The notes beneath the pieces are model-generated. The model was given only the letters and a program-made list of their open reading frames with translations. It had not been told where the DNA came from and ran no database searches. DNA of 29,320 nt from a virus (taxonomy: Duplodnaviria; Caudoviricetes), in the IMG/VR virus record IMGVR_UViG_3300017778_005390, positions 1 to 29,320 of that record; one strand, given 5' to 3'. How positions within the stretch are numbered: position 1 is the first letter of the stretch; each line of letters opens with the position of its first letter. The translations under genes were made by a program, and so were the position numbers. Below, one piece after another: positions 19,793-26,955 of this stretch.

Positions 19793-20435
19793 ACTCTGTC
19801 ATTCGGATGAATTTAAGAAGGTAGCTGATAGGGTTGCACCGAGACTGGATTCATTAATTGATAATGAAAAATACCCGGCTTACTCGGATGAGTATTTAAG
19901 AGAAGCCCTTAAATTAAAATCTTCTGAATTTGGCTATCCTAGAGGTGTACTGGGTTTTGGTACCGGACATGAGAATTATACTAATTACAAAATGTTTTCT
20001 CCTCTTGAAAAACAAGTTAAGAAAATAAGCGGTTTTTTGGGTACCCCAAAGAATGCCTTAACAATGGTTTATCCCGAGAATGGGTTTATCGGTTGGCATC
20101 ACAATGGTAATGCACCTGGATATAATATTCTTCTTACATACAGCCAGGATGGGGATGGTTGTTTTAAATATTATGATAAGGCTGCAGATGAAATTGTAAC
20201 CATTCAAGATAAGCCTGGATGGCAGGTGAAGGTAGGGTATTATCCTAATCAAGCTAAAGAAAAAGAAAGAATATATTGGCATGCCGCCCAAACTAAAAAG
20301 CAAAGAATATCGGTAGCATGGATTATTGATCATCGCCCTATGTGGATTAATATGATTAGTGAGATTTCTAAAGGGGATTACGATAAAGATTTTGTACTCT
20401 CCCAAGGTCCTTTAAAAGATTTGGTACATGCTTGA
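19734..20435 (+). CDS. Putative 2OG-Fe(II) oxygenase-like / double-stranded beta-helix protein
   Basis: YP..GFIGWHHN ... G.F.Y ... YWHAA....RISVAW resembles the Hx(D/E)...H...RxS layout, but with Asn in place of the carboxylate. Confidence 0.55.
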   Translation: MRPVPLKSDHLQTLLSNITRLCHSDEFKKVADRVAPRLDSLIDNEKYPAYSDEYLREALKLKSSEFGYPRGVLGFGTGHENYTNYKMFSPLEKQVKKISGFLGTPKNALTMVYPENGFIGWHHNGNAPGYNILLTYSQDGDGCFKYYDKAADEIVTIQDKPGWQVKVGYYPNQAKEKERIYWHAAQTKKQRISVAWIIDHRPMWINMISEISKGDYDKDFVLSQGPLKDLVHA

Positions 20436-21207
20436 TGTTGAATGGAACACCGGGATAGGGTACGGGGATTTTGTTACGGGTCTTGGGTACGCTCATACCG
20501 CTAGCGTCAAATATAATACACCGGTAAATTTAACATTTCACTGGAAAAATTCTAAAGATTACATCTATCACCCTAAAGATCCAGAAACAATTATCGATAG
20601 ATGTGACTACATACATTCCATCTTTACACCAGTTTCAGATGTAAAGATAAATCACAAGTTCAATAGCATACCTGGGTTTAGATTTTATAATCAATTAGAT
20701 GAGAGAAACCCGCTACACGGTCTTTGGCATACTACTCTTACCCCCTCCAAAACTAAATCTGTGGCTCTTTGGTCTTCAGAACATAACTTAGAATTTCCTG
20801 GGTTTAATAAAGACCCCGCAGCTCATTTATGGTCGGCAATTAAAAAAAAATTACAGAAAGCTGGTTATACAGTTAATGAAATAACCTATCGAACCCCGGT
20901 GCAAGAAGCTATTCAAATAATTAACGAATGTGAATTTGGTGTTGGTTATGATGGTCTAGCCCATCAACTATTTAAATTTATGTGGAAACCATTGATTGTA
21001 TTTTGTGGGAGAACAAATTTAAATAGTTTATTGATACCACAAGCAATTTTAGAAAATGATCCAGCTTTTTTTCTACATAATGATATTGATTACTATGTAA
21101 GAAATAGTCTACGTAGAATGAATAAAGTAAAAATTGATCATGAAAAATATATTAAGGAAGGTGGAGATGCAACTAAGTCCAAATTTTATAATACCTTTAT
21201 CTATTGA
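20428..21207 (+). CDS. Putative GT-B glycosyltransferase (GT9 heptosyltransferase-like)
   Basis: N-terminal GIGYGD, a central K.....W motif, and I..CEFGVGYDGLAHQL....KP.IV resembling the GT9 motif IGNDSG..HLA....P.V. Confidence 0.6.
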   Translation: MLDVEWNTGIGYGDFVTGLGYAHTASVKYNTPVNLTFHWKNSKDYIYHPKDPETIIDRCDYIHSIFTPVSDVKINHKFNSIPGFRFYNQLDERNPLHGLWHTTLTPSKTKSVALWSSEHNLEFPGFNKDPAAHLWSAIKKKLQKAGYTVNEITYRTPVQEAIQIINECEFGVGYDGLAHQLFKFMWKPLIVFCGRTNLNSLLIPQAILENDPAFFLHNDIDYYVRNSLRRMNKVKIDHEKYIKEGGDATKSKFYNTFIY

Positions 21208-22159
21208 TAGAGCTGTTATTGAGGTAAACGGAGGATGCAACTATACCTGTCAAATGTGCCCCCAATCTGCCGAACCAGATGGTCGGGGTAAGAATTGGCT
21301 TAAGAAAATCTCTCTTAAAGATTTTGAACGTATCGTCAGTGAGTGTGCTCAACACGGTCTTAACGTAGTTAATCTAGAAGGCTCAGGAGAGCCTACTCTT
21401 AACCGTAATTTACCTGAATATATTTCTATTGTTCGTAAGTATGGTGCTAAACCTTTCATATACACCAATGGTCACCGTCTTCAAGGTAATTTTATGAAGG
21501 AGTGTGTGGACGCAGGTCTTGCATTAGCAAGATTTTCTGTTATTGGTTATAATCAATTGAAATACATTCAATGGATGAATACTGATGGTTTTGAGCAAGT
21601 AAAGAAAAACGCTAATGAGATGAAAGATTACATAGAAAGTACAGGGAGTGATTGCTTGGTTGCTTCCTACCATCTTATTCTTGATAATGACAAAGTAGAT
21701 TATGAAGTTGAAATGTATCGTAAGAACTTTATAGACCAGGTTGGGTCTATAGCTGAAATTTGGAAAATGCATAATTGGTCGGGTGTATATGATCCAGAGT
21801 ATAAAAGAAAAGGTAAGAAACGAACTTGCGGCAGACCTTTTTCACCAGATCTAACTGTTCGAGCAGGAAGCTCTACAGGTGGAAAATTATCTATAGCGCC
21901 GTGTTGTCAGACTCTAGGGCGAGACGACGAGGCTGATCTTGGGTCTATAGAAAATAAAACTATTGAAGAAGTCTGGAATGGAGATAGGTACCGTTGGTTA
22001 AGACAGATGCATACAGAAGAGAGGTTTGATGAGGTCTCTTTTTGTAAAGATTGTGATTTTTTGTATGAAGATAGTGAAGTTTTAGTATGGAAGAATAACA
22101 ATTTAGTTAGTATTAATAAAATGAAGGGTACTAACTTTTCACTGGAAGATTATAAATGA
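21134..22159 (+). CDS. Radical SAM enzyme with SPASM/twitch domain (start uncertain; ATG 21140 or 21167 also possible)
   Basis: CNYTCQMC (CxxxCxxC), GSGEPTL and TNG. C-terminal C..PF...IAPCC...LGSI....IEEVWNG...LR..H...C..C. Confidence 0.92.
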   Translation: MIMKNILRKVEMQLSPNFIIPLSIDRAVIEVNGGCNYTCQMCPQSAEPDGRGKNWLKKISLKDFERIVSECAQHGLNVVNLEGSGEPTLNRNLPEYISIVRKYGAKPFIYTNGHRLQGNFMKECVDAGLALARFSVIGYNQLKYIQWMNTDGFEQVKKNANEMKDYIESTGSDCLVASYHLILDNDKVDYEVEMYRKNFIDQVGSIAEIWKMHNWSGVYDPEYKRKGKKRTCGRPFSPDLTVRAGSSTGGKLSIAPCCQTLGRDDEADLGSIENKTIEEVWNGDRYRWLRQMHTEERFDEVSFCKDCDFLYEDSEVLVWKNNNLVSINKMKGTNFSLEDYK

Positions 22160-22743
22160 TTACTGCAGTACAAATAAGAGATGCTTTCGATTTAGCTAAA
22201 ACTGATAAAGGGTATACTCATAGGTATGAAACTGGCTATGAGTTTGTTTTTAAAGATTTTAACCCGACCTCATTACTTGAGGTGGGTATAAAGCAAGGAA
22301 AATCTTTAGCGGCATGGAAGATTCTATTCCCTGAATGCGATATAACTGGGGTGGATATTACAGATAAAGAGTTTAGAGATGAATCTATAAAAATAGCTCA
22401 ATCTAAAAATATCATTTGTGATTCAACAAAACCGGAATTATTACAGTTTTTAGAACCTAGTTATGATGTAATTATCGATGATGGTTCTCATTTTTACTTA
22501 GATATTGAAAAAACATTTGATTTACTCAAATATAGATTTAAACATGCGTATGTAGTTGAAGATAGTATGTATGGTACAGAGGTATTAGTTGGGTATGCTA
22601 AGTCTTTAGGTTATAAGGTAACTTTATTTCCGAGCCCTATACGAGATATACCTGTCAATGCTGGGTTAATCACTTCTAAAAAATATGGACAAAAGAGTCA
22701 TAATATAACTGTTAGTTTATTTTTGGTAATCATTACGAAATAA
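22156..22743 (+). CDS. Class I SAM-dependent methyltransferase (sugar O-methyltransferase-like)
   Basis: H.Y...Y, LLEVGI.QG.SL..W...FP, GVDI, YDVIIDDGSH and YVVED. ATGA coupling to the radical SAM gene. Confidence 0.85.
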   Translation: MITAVQIRDAFDLAKTDKGYTHRYETGYEFVFKDFNPTSLLEVGIKQGKSLAAWKILFPECDITGVDITDKEFRDESIKIAQSKNIICDSTKPELLQFLEPSYDVIIDDGSHFYLDIEKTFDLLKYRFKHAYVVEDSMYGTEVLVGYAKSLGYKVTLFPSPIRDIPVNAGLITSKKYGQKSHNITVSLFLVIITK

Positions 22744-22746
22744 TTA

Positions 22747-23448
22747 TTATTTTAATTCTTCCCAGTTAAATGTAAGTATCGGTTTATCAGGTTCAGGTTT
22801 TTTAATCCGCGCCTTAATTATCTTCATAATAGAAGATCTCATTGGCTTGTCGTTAGGAGAACACCAATCAATATTTTTGTTTAGCTGTTTTTGTCGTATT
22901 GAAGATCTTCTTAATAATTTTAAATTAATACCATAAAGAATTTTTTCTGTACCGAAGTGTTTAAGTTGCTCGAAAAAATATCGATCCCCTGTTCTTATAC
23001 CGATAAGTTCCTCATCATACCCACCAGCTTTAAAAAAATAGTTCTTATGTATTAGGTAATCATTTACTGACTGGTGAGCATCTATACCTGATGGGTTGGT
23101 AAATGCGGTAAATCGGTATAGGCTAGTTTCTTTTAATATTGTGGTCTTAATAATATTATAGGCAATTTCTGGCTCAGTAAACGTTCTATCTATGTCGATT
23201 AATACAACCCAGCCGTTGGTAGCCTGTTTCATTATTAAATTTCGACACCCGTGGGAGTTAAATCCATAATCTTCTGTAACTCTAAATAATCGTATCTTAT
23301 CAGATGGTTGTAAAAAATCTGTAATAGGGTATTTTGGTGAGCCATCATCTACAACAATTAATTCATCTACATACGGTAGATTTCTATCAACAAATGACTG
23401 AAGTAGTTTAGGGTTGTTATAATATGTTGTACCTAAAGTAATTTTCAT
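22747..23448 (-). CDS. Glycosyltransferase, GT2 N-terminus with a GT7-C-like motif
   Basis: ITL.TTYYN, ELIVVDDGS, GFN..G.RN, WVVLIDID (DxD) and F..AGGYDEE..G....D. Confidence 0.88.
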   Translation of the reverse strand: MKITLGTTYYNNPKLLQSFVDRNLPYVDELIVVDDGSPKYPITDFLQPSDKIRLFRVTEDYGFNSHGCRNLIMKQATNGWVVLIDIDRTFTEPEIAYNIIKTTILKETSLYRFTAFTNPSGIDAHQSVNDYLIHKNYFFKAGGYDEELIGIRTGDRYFFEQLKHFGTEKILYGINLKLLRRSSIRQKQLNKNIDWCSPNDKPMRSSIMKIIKARIKKPEPDKPILTFNWEELK

Positions 23449-24030
23449 ATGAGTCCATTAATAAAAATAGGTTGTATAACGGATAGAGAGCTTGAGATAG
23501 TTCGTAAAGAAGTTATAAATTATCGAGATAAGAGTCAGCCTGCAAGAATTGGTAGTAAAAAAGATTTAAATCCGACAATAAGAGATTCCTTATTATGCTT
23601 TCCCCCGCTTGAAATGGTACGTAGGTCAAGGAATATTCTTCAATCTACTATCATACAAGAGTATTTAGGGGTGAATATTACCTTAACTGAACTTAACCAA
23701 TTTCAATATTTAAAATACGGTCCCGGTGGGTTCTATAATTGGCATCAAGATGTTATAGATAGATCTGCACCAAATATTAGAGGTCTCACTATGTCCTTAA
23801 ATATTACTGATGAAAACGAATACGAAGGCGGGGAGCTTCTAGTAAAAGACGGTGAGGAAATTATTACCAATTTAAAAAAAGCAGGTTCCTATATCATATT
23901 TCCATCATTCTTACAACATAAGGCCAGTGTAATAACTTCTGGTACTCGAGAAGCTATAGTGTCTTGGGTTGTTATAACCCAACAAGATCTTTCTTATTTA
24001 AAGCGTCACTATAGAGATAAAGAAGTATAA
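23449..24030 (+). CDS. 2OG-Fe(II) oxygenase (PKHD/prolyl-4-hydroxylase-like)
   Basis: IRDS, Q..KY..GG.Y.WHQD (HxD), L.MSLN, YEGGEL, G..IIFPS...H....TSG.R..IVSW. Confidence 0.9.
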   Translation: MSPLIKIGCITDRELEIVRKEVINYRDKSQPARIGSKKDLNPTIRDSLLCFPPLEMVRRSRNILQSTIIQEYLGVNITLTELNQFQYLKYGPGGFYNWHQDVIDRSAPNIRGLTMSLNITDENEYEGGELLVKDGEEIITNLKKAGSYIIFPSFLQHKASVITSGTREAIVSWVVITQQDLSYLKRHYRDKEV

Positions 24031-24033
24031 ATA
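24026..24033 (+). promoter_or_regulatory. T4-type late promoter box TATAAATA
   Basis: Exact consensus overlapping the oxygenase stop, followed by an AGAGGA SD and the ATG at 24053. Confidence 0.75.
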
Positions 24034-24052
24034 ACTATAATTAGAGGAAATA

Positions 24053-24388
24053 ATGGCAGCAGTATCCAATTTATCCATAGACCAGGGAACTACTTATTCT
24101 GTTACTATTGCAGTGACGGATACTACCGGGTCGGCGCGAAATCTTACAGGGTATACAGCAAGAGCACAACTGAGAAGATCTTATTATACCACTTCAAACA
24201 CTGCTTTTACAGTAGGTATTGATAACCCAACTGGGGGTGAGATTGATCTTGGGCTTACTGCAAATCAGACCTCAGGTCTAAAAGCCGGTAGGTACGTTTA
24301 TGACGTTGAGTTGGTTGCAAATGCTACTTCTACTGTAGAGAGAATAGTGGAAGGGATCATAACTGTTTATCCTGAGGCTACTAAATGA
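24053..24388 (+). CDS. Conserved small beta-sandwich virion protein (fibre attachment/adaptor type)
   Basis: NL.IDQG.T.......D......NLTGYT..AQ.R.SY, G.I.L.LTA.QT..LK.GRYVYDVE and R.VEG.ITV.P..T, a motif set common in T4-like tail regions. Confidence 0.8.
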   Translation: MAAVSNLSIDQGTTYSVTIAVTDTTGSARNLTGYTARAQLRRSYYTTSNTAFTVGIDNPTGGEIDLGLTANQTSGLKAGRYVYDVELVANATSTVERIVEGIITVYPEATK

Positions 24389-24627
24389 GTGTTGTAGTTC
24401 GTTCTATAACCAGACCATCCATTTCGGTTGTACAGGGAAGCCAGGGCTCTGGTTCGGCGGTGGTTGTAAAAAAAACCGGTGATATAACCGTACAGGGATT
24501 AAGTAATGTAGTTTCTACAGATCTACAAGACGGGTACACATTAATATACGATTCTGAAACTAATAAATGGGTCACTCAAAACATAGGTAACGTTACATTA
24601 GCCACTATTGATGGCGGCGTTTACTAA
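24385..24627 (+). CDS. Small fibre-associated protein ending IDGGVY
   Basis: L.NV....LQDG.TL.YD..TNKW repeat-unit motif and C-terminal DGGxY. ATGA overlap with the upstream gene. Confidence 0.7.
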   Translation: MSVVVRSITRPSISVVQGSQGSGSAVVVKKTGDITVQGLSNVVSTDLQDGYTLIYDSETNKWVTQNIGNVTLATIDGGVY

Positions 24628-24651
24628 TTAAAATAACAACAAGGGGCTACG

Positions 24652-26295
24652 ATGGCAACAACAATTCAAATTAAGCGCTCACCTAATGTAGCTGCTGCAA
24701 CTACGGCAGACTTGCTAGAAGGTGAATTAGCTTATTCTTATGATAAAAGTAACAGCGGGGCGGGTGCTAAGCTTTATATTGAAGTATTAGATTCTGGAGA
24801 TTCACCAGTTGTACATACTATTGGTGGTAAATATTATACCGGTAAGGTAGATGCTGCCACCAGTGCATCATCTTCTAATACTTTGGTTCAGCGTAATGTA
24901 GATGGTAGCTTTAACGGTAATATTATTACTGCAGTCACCTTTGTCGGTAACATAGCCGGATCGGTTACAAGTGCGGTCATTGCCAATACTGCTAACGCAC
25001 TAACAACAGCCAGAGACATTGGTCTTGCCGGGGACTTAACAGGTAACGTTTCCTTTAACGGTTCCCAGAATGTAACGTTAACAGCTACCATTGCTGCTAA
25101 TTCAGTTGCCCTGGGTACTGATACCACAGGCGATTACTTAGCTAACGTTGTACCTGGTGTAGGGTTGAATGGTTCAGGATTTGGTACTGAAGGTGCAACC
25201 CCAACTATCAATCTTGCCAATACTGCCGTTACTGCCGGTGTATATGGTGGTACAACCAATATCCCAACAATTACAGTTGATGCACAGGGTAGAATTACTT
25301 CAGCCTCTAACTCAGCCATCTCTACATCCTTTACTGTAGCAGGTGATACAGGTTCAGAAACTGTTAACGGTGGTGATACCTTAACAATTGCCGGTGGTAC
25401 AGGTCTAACATCTGTTGCAAGCGCCACTGATACTGTTACCCTTAACTTAGACAATACTGCTGTTACCCCATCCACATATGGTGGTGTGGCCAGTGTTGGG
25501 GTATTTACCGTAGATCAACAAGGTAGATTAACTGCTGCCTCTAACGCTACTATTTCAATTCCTTCTTCCGCCATTAACACCGACGTTGCCCTGGGTTCAC
25601 AGACCTCTGGCGCATATGTTGCTAACTTAATAGCTGGTTCAGGAATTACATTATCAGGTTTAGGTAACGAAGGTACAACTCCAACTATTACCAATAGTGG
25701 TGTATTGTTTATTTCAGGTACTGCAAATCAAATAGCGACAAGCGCGGGTACTGGAAATATTACCTTAAGTTTGCCAAATGATGTTATTATTCCTAATAAC
25801 CTAACAGTTTCTGGGGATCTTTTAGTAAGTGGTACGGCTGTAACGATGAATACAGCTACTGTATTAATTGAAGATCCATTAATTAAGTTAGGCAATGCCA
25901 ATCTTTCTGACTCCCTAGACATAGGTTTCTTTGGTGAGTATGTAAATTCTGGTACTAAATTTGCAGGTTTATTTAGAGATGCGTCAGATAACGGTAAATT
26001 TAAATTATTTGTTGACCTTACTACAGATCCAACATCCAACGTTGTTAATACAGCAAACTACTCCGTAGCTACCTTAGTTTCTAATCTAACCGGTGGTACG
26101 GTTACCGGGCTAACGGCTAATATTATTGTAGGTGACGGTGGTACTGGGGTCGGTACATTTACTACCAACGGTATGTTGTTTGGTAACGCAACCGGATCTC
26201 TAAAGGTTACAGCAGCTGGTACAGATGGTCAAGTGCTTCAGGCAGGTGCTGGTGGGGTTCCAGTATTTGGAGGATTAGATGGTGGAACTTATTAA
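24652..26295 (+). CDS. Tail fibre shaft protein
   Basis: N-terminus IQIKRS....L.EGELAY; AN.L.TAR.I.L.GD.TG...F.GS.NV; duplicated VT...YG......TVD.QGR.T.AS units; G.L.V.GT...N.....IED..I.L; ends LDGGTY. Confidence 0.85.
   Translation: MATTIQIKRSPNVAAATTADLLEGELAYSYDKSNSGAGAKLYIEVLDSGDSPVVHTIGGKYYTGKVDAATSASSSNTLVQRNVDGSFNGNIITAVTFVGNIAGSVTSAVIANTANALTTARDIGLAGDLTGNVSFNGSQNVTLTATIAANSVALGTDTTGDYLANVVPGVGLNGSGFGTEGATPTINLANTAVTAGVYGGTTNIPTITVDAQGRITSASNSAISTSFTVAGDTGSETVNGGDTLTIAGGTGLTSVASATDTVTLNLDNTAVTPSTYGGVASVGVFTVDQQGRLTAASNATISIPSSAINTDVALGSQTSGAYVANLIAGSGITLSGLGNEGTTPTITNSGVLFISGTANQIATSAGTGNITLSLPNDVIIPNNLTVSGDLLVSGTAVTMNTATVLIEDPLIKLGNANLSDSLDIGFFGEYVNSGTKFAGLFRDASDNGKFKLFVDLTTDPTSNVVNTANYSVATLVSNLTGGTVTGLTANIIVGDGGTGVGTFTTNGMLFGNATGSLKVTAAGTDGQVLQAGAGGVPVFGGLDGGTY
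25105..25692 (+). repeat. Internal degenerate protein repeats in the fibre shaft
   Basis: VALGTDTTGDYLAN...EGATPTI (from 25105) and VALGSQTSGAYVAN...EGTTPTI (from 25585) both start with GTTGCCCTGGGT. Two NTAVT...YGG...TVD.QGR.T.ASN units lie between them. Confidence 0.75.
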
Positions 26296-26313
26296 AAAAG
26301 CATAGTTATTTTT

Positions 26314-26321
26314 TATAAATA
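26314..26321 (+). promoter_or_regulatory. T4-type late promoter box TATAAATA overlapping the left arm of a hairpin
   Basis: Exact consensus in an intergenic region. Confidence 0.7.
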
Positions 26322-26351
26322 AGGGGGTACAGTTTATTACCCCCTTATTTT
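26317..26351 (+). terminator. Perfect 13-bp hairpin, probable rho-independent terminator
   Basis: AAATAAGGGGGTA (26317-26329), 8-nt loop, TACCCCCTTATTT (26338-26350). GC core followed by TTATTTT, downstream of the fibre gene. Confidence 0.7.
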
Positions 26352-26362
26352 ATGGAGTGAAA

Positions 26363-26551
26363 ATGGAAATTGATCAAGTAAGATTTATGAATTTAGTTAT
26401 GGAAAAAACTAATAAGCGACTTAATGAGATGTTATCTCAAGTTATTGTACTGGAGGCCCAGCTACAACTTGTGGTTGAGGCAAATGGTAAATTAACAGAG
26501 GATATTAGTAAACTCAGTAAGAAAGAAAAGAAAACCGAATTTACTAACTAG
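26363..26551 (+). CDS. Small coiled-coil protein
   Basis: GGAG at 26354-26357 supports the ATG at 26363. Heptad pattern RLNEMLSQVIVLEAQLQLV. Confidence 0.7.
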   Translation: MEIDQVRFMNLVMEKTNKRLNEMLSQVIVLEAQLQLVVEANGKLTEDISKLSKKEKKTEFTN

Positions 26552-26564
26552 GTTATATAACCTA
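26549..26564. repeat. Perfect 16-bp palindrome TAGGTTATATAACCTA
   Basis: Reads identically on both strands. Lies in the gap before the 26596 gene, followed by TATAAT and the small inverted repeat GCTA-CA-TAGC. Confidence 0.7.
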
Positions 26565-26595
26565 TATAATGCTACATAGCAAGGATTAAAGCCAT

Positions 26596-26955
26596 ATGGC
26601 CAATGAAATACAGTTAAAACGCTCCTCCGTTGCAAATAAAGTACCGGATGCTGGTAATGTTCTAATCGGGGAACCGGTTGTTAATCTCAACGATAAGATT
26701 ATTTTCACCAAAGATACTGGTGGTAATATTATTATTATCGGCGCTGGTACTACTGCCAACGTTATTGAAAACGGTAATCTGTATTTCTCTAATGCTAGAG
26801 TCAGTACCGCTATCTCCACCCAAACCCTGGTTAATGCAACATTCTCAGCCAACGTGGTAATTTCAGGTAACCTTAAGGCGGCTTTTTACAAGGATAGTTC
26901 GGATCGTAGCCTTTTTATTAAAGATGCAAACGGTATCATTGTTTGGGGTGGATAA
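26596..26955 (+). CDS. Short fibre adaptor (module 2) with a T4 gp37-like N-terminus, C-terminus ...IKDANGIIVWGG
   Basis: IQLKRSSVANKVP......GE..VNL.D..IFTKD.GG.II.IG parallels the T4 gp37 N-terminus as I recall it (IQFKRSK.AG.RP....L.EGELAINLKD.TIFTKD.SG.II.LG). V.E.GNLYF.NAR repeat unit; AAGGA SD. Confidence 0.8.
   Translation: MANEIQLKRSSVANKVPDAGNVLIGEPVVNLNDKIIFTKDTGGNIIIIGAGTTANVIENGNLYFSNARVSTAISTQTLVNATFSANVVISGNLKAAFYKDSSDRSLFIKDANGIIVWGG

Noticed and set aside
21134-22159. Classical RiPP cluster around the radical SAM/SPASM gene
   Set aside because: No short precursor peptide, PqqD/RRE domain, protease or transporter was seen. The neighbours point to glycan chemistry.
24381-26860. 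Antisense or alternative-frame ORFs across the fibre genes
   Set aside because: Codon-bias shadows of Thr/Gly/Ala/Val-rich fibre sequence.
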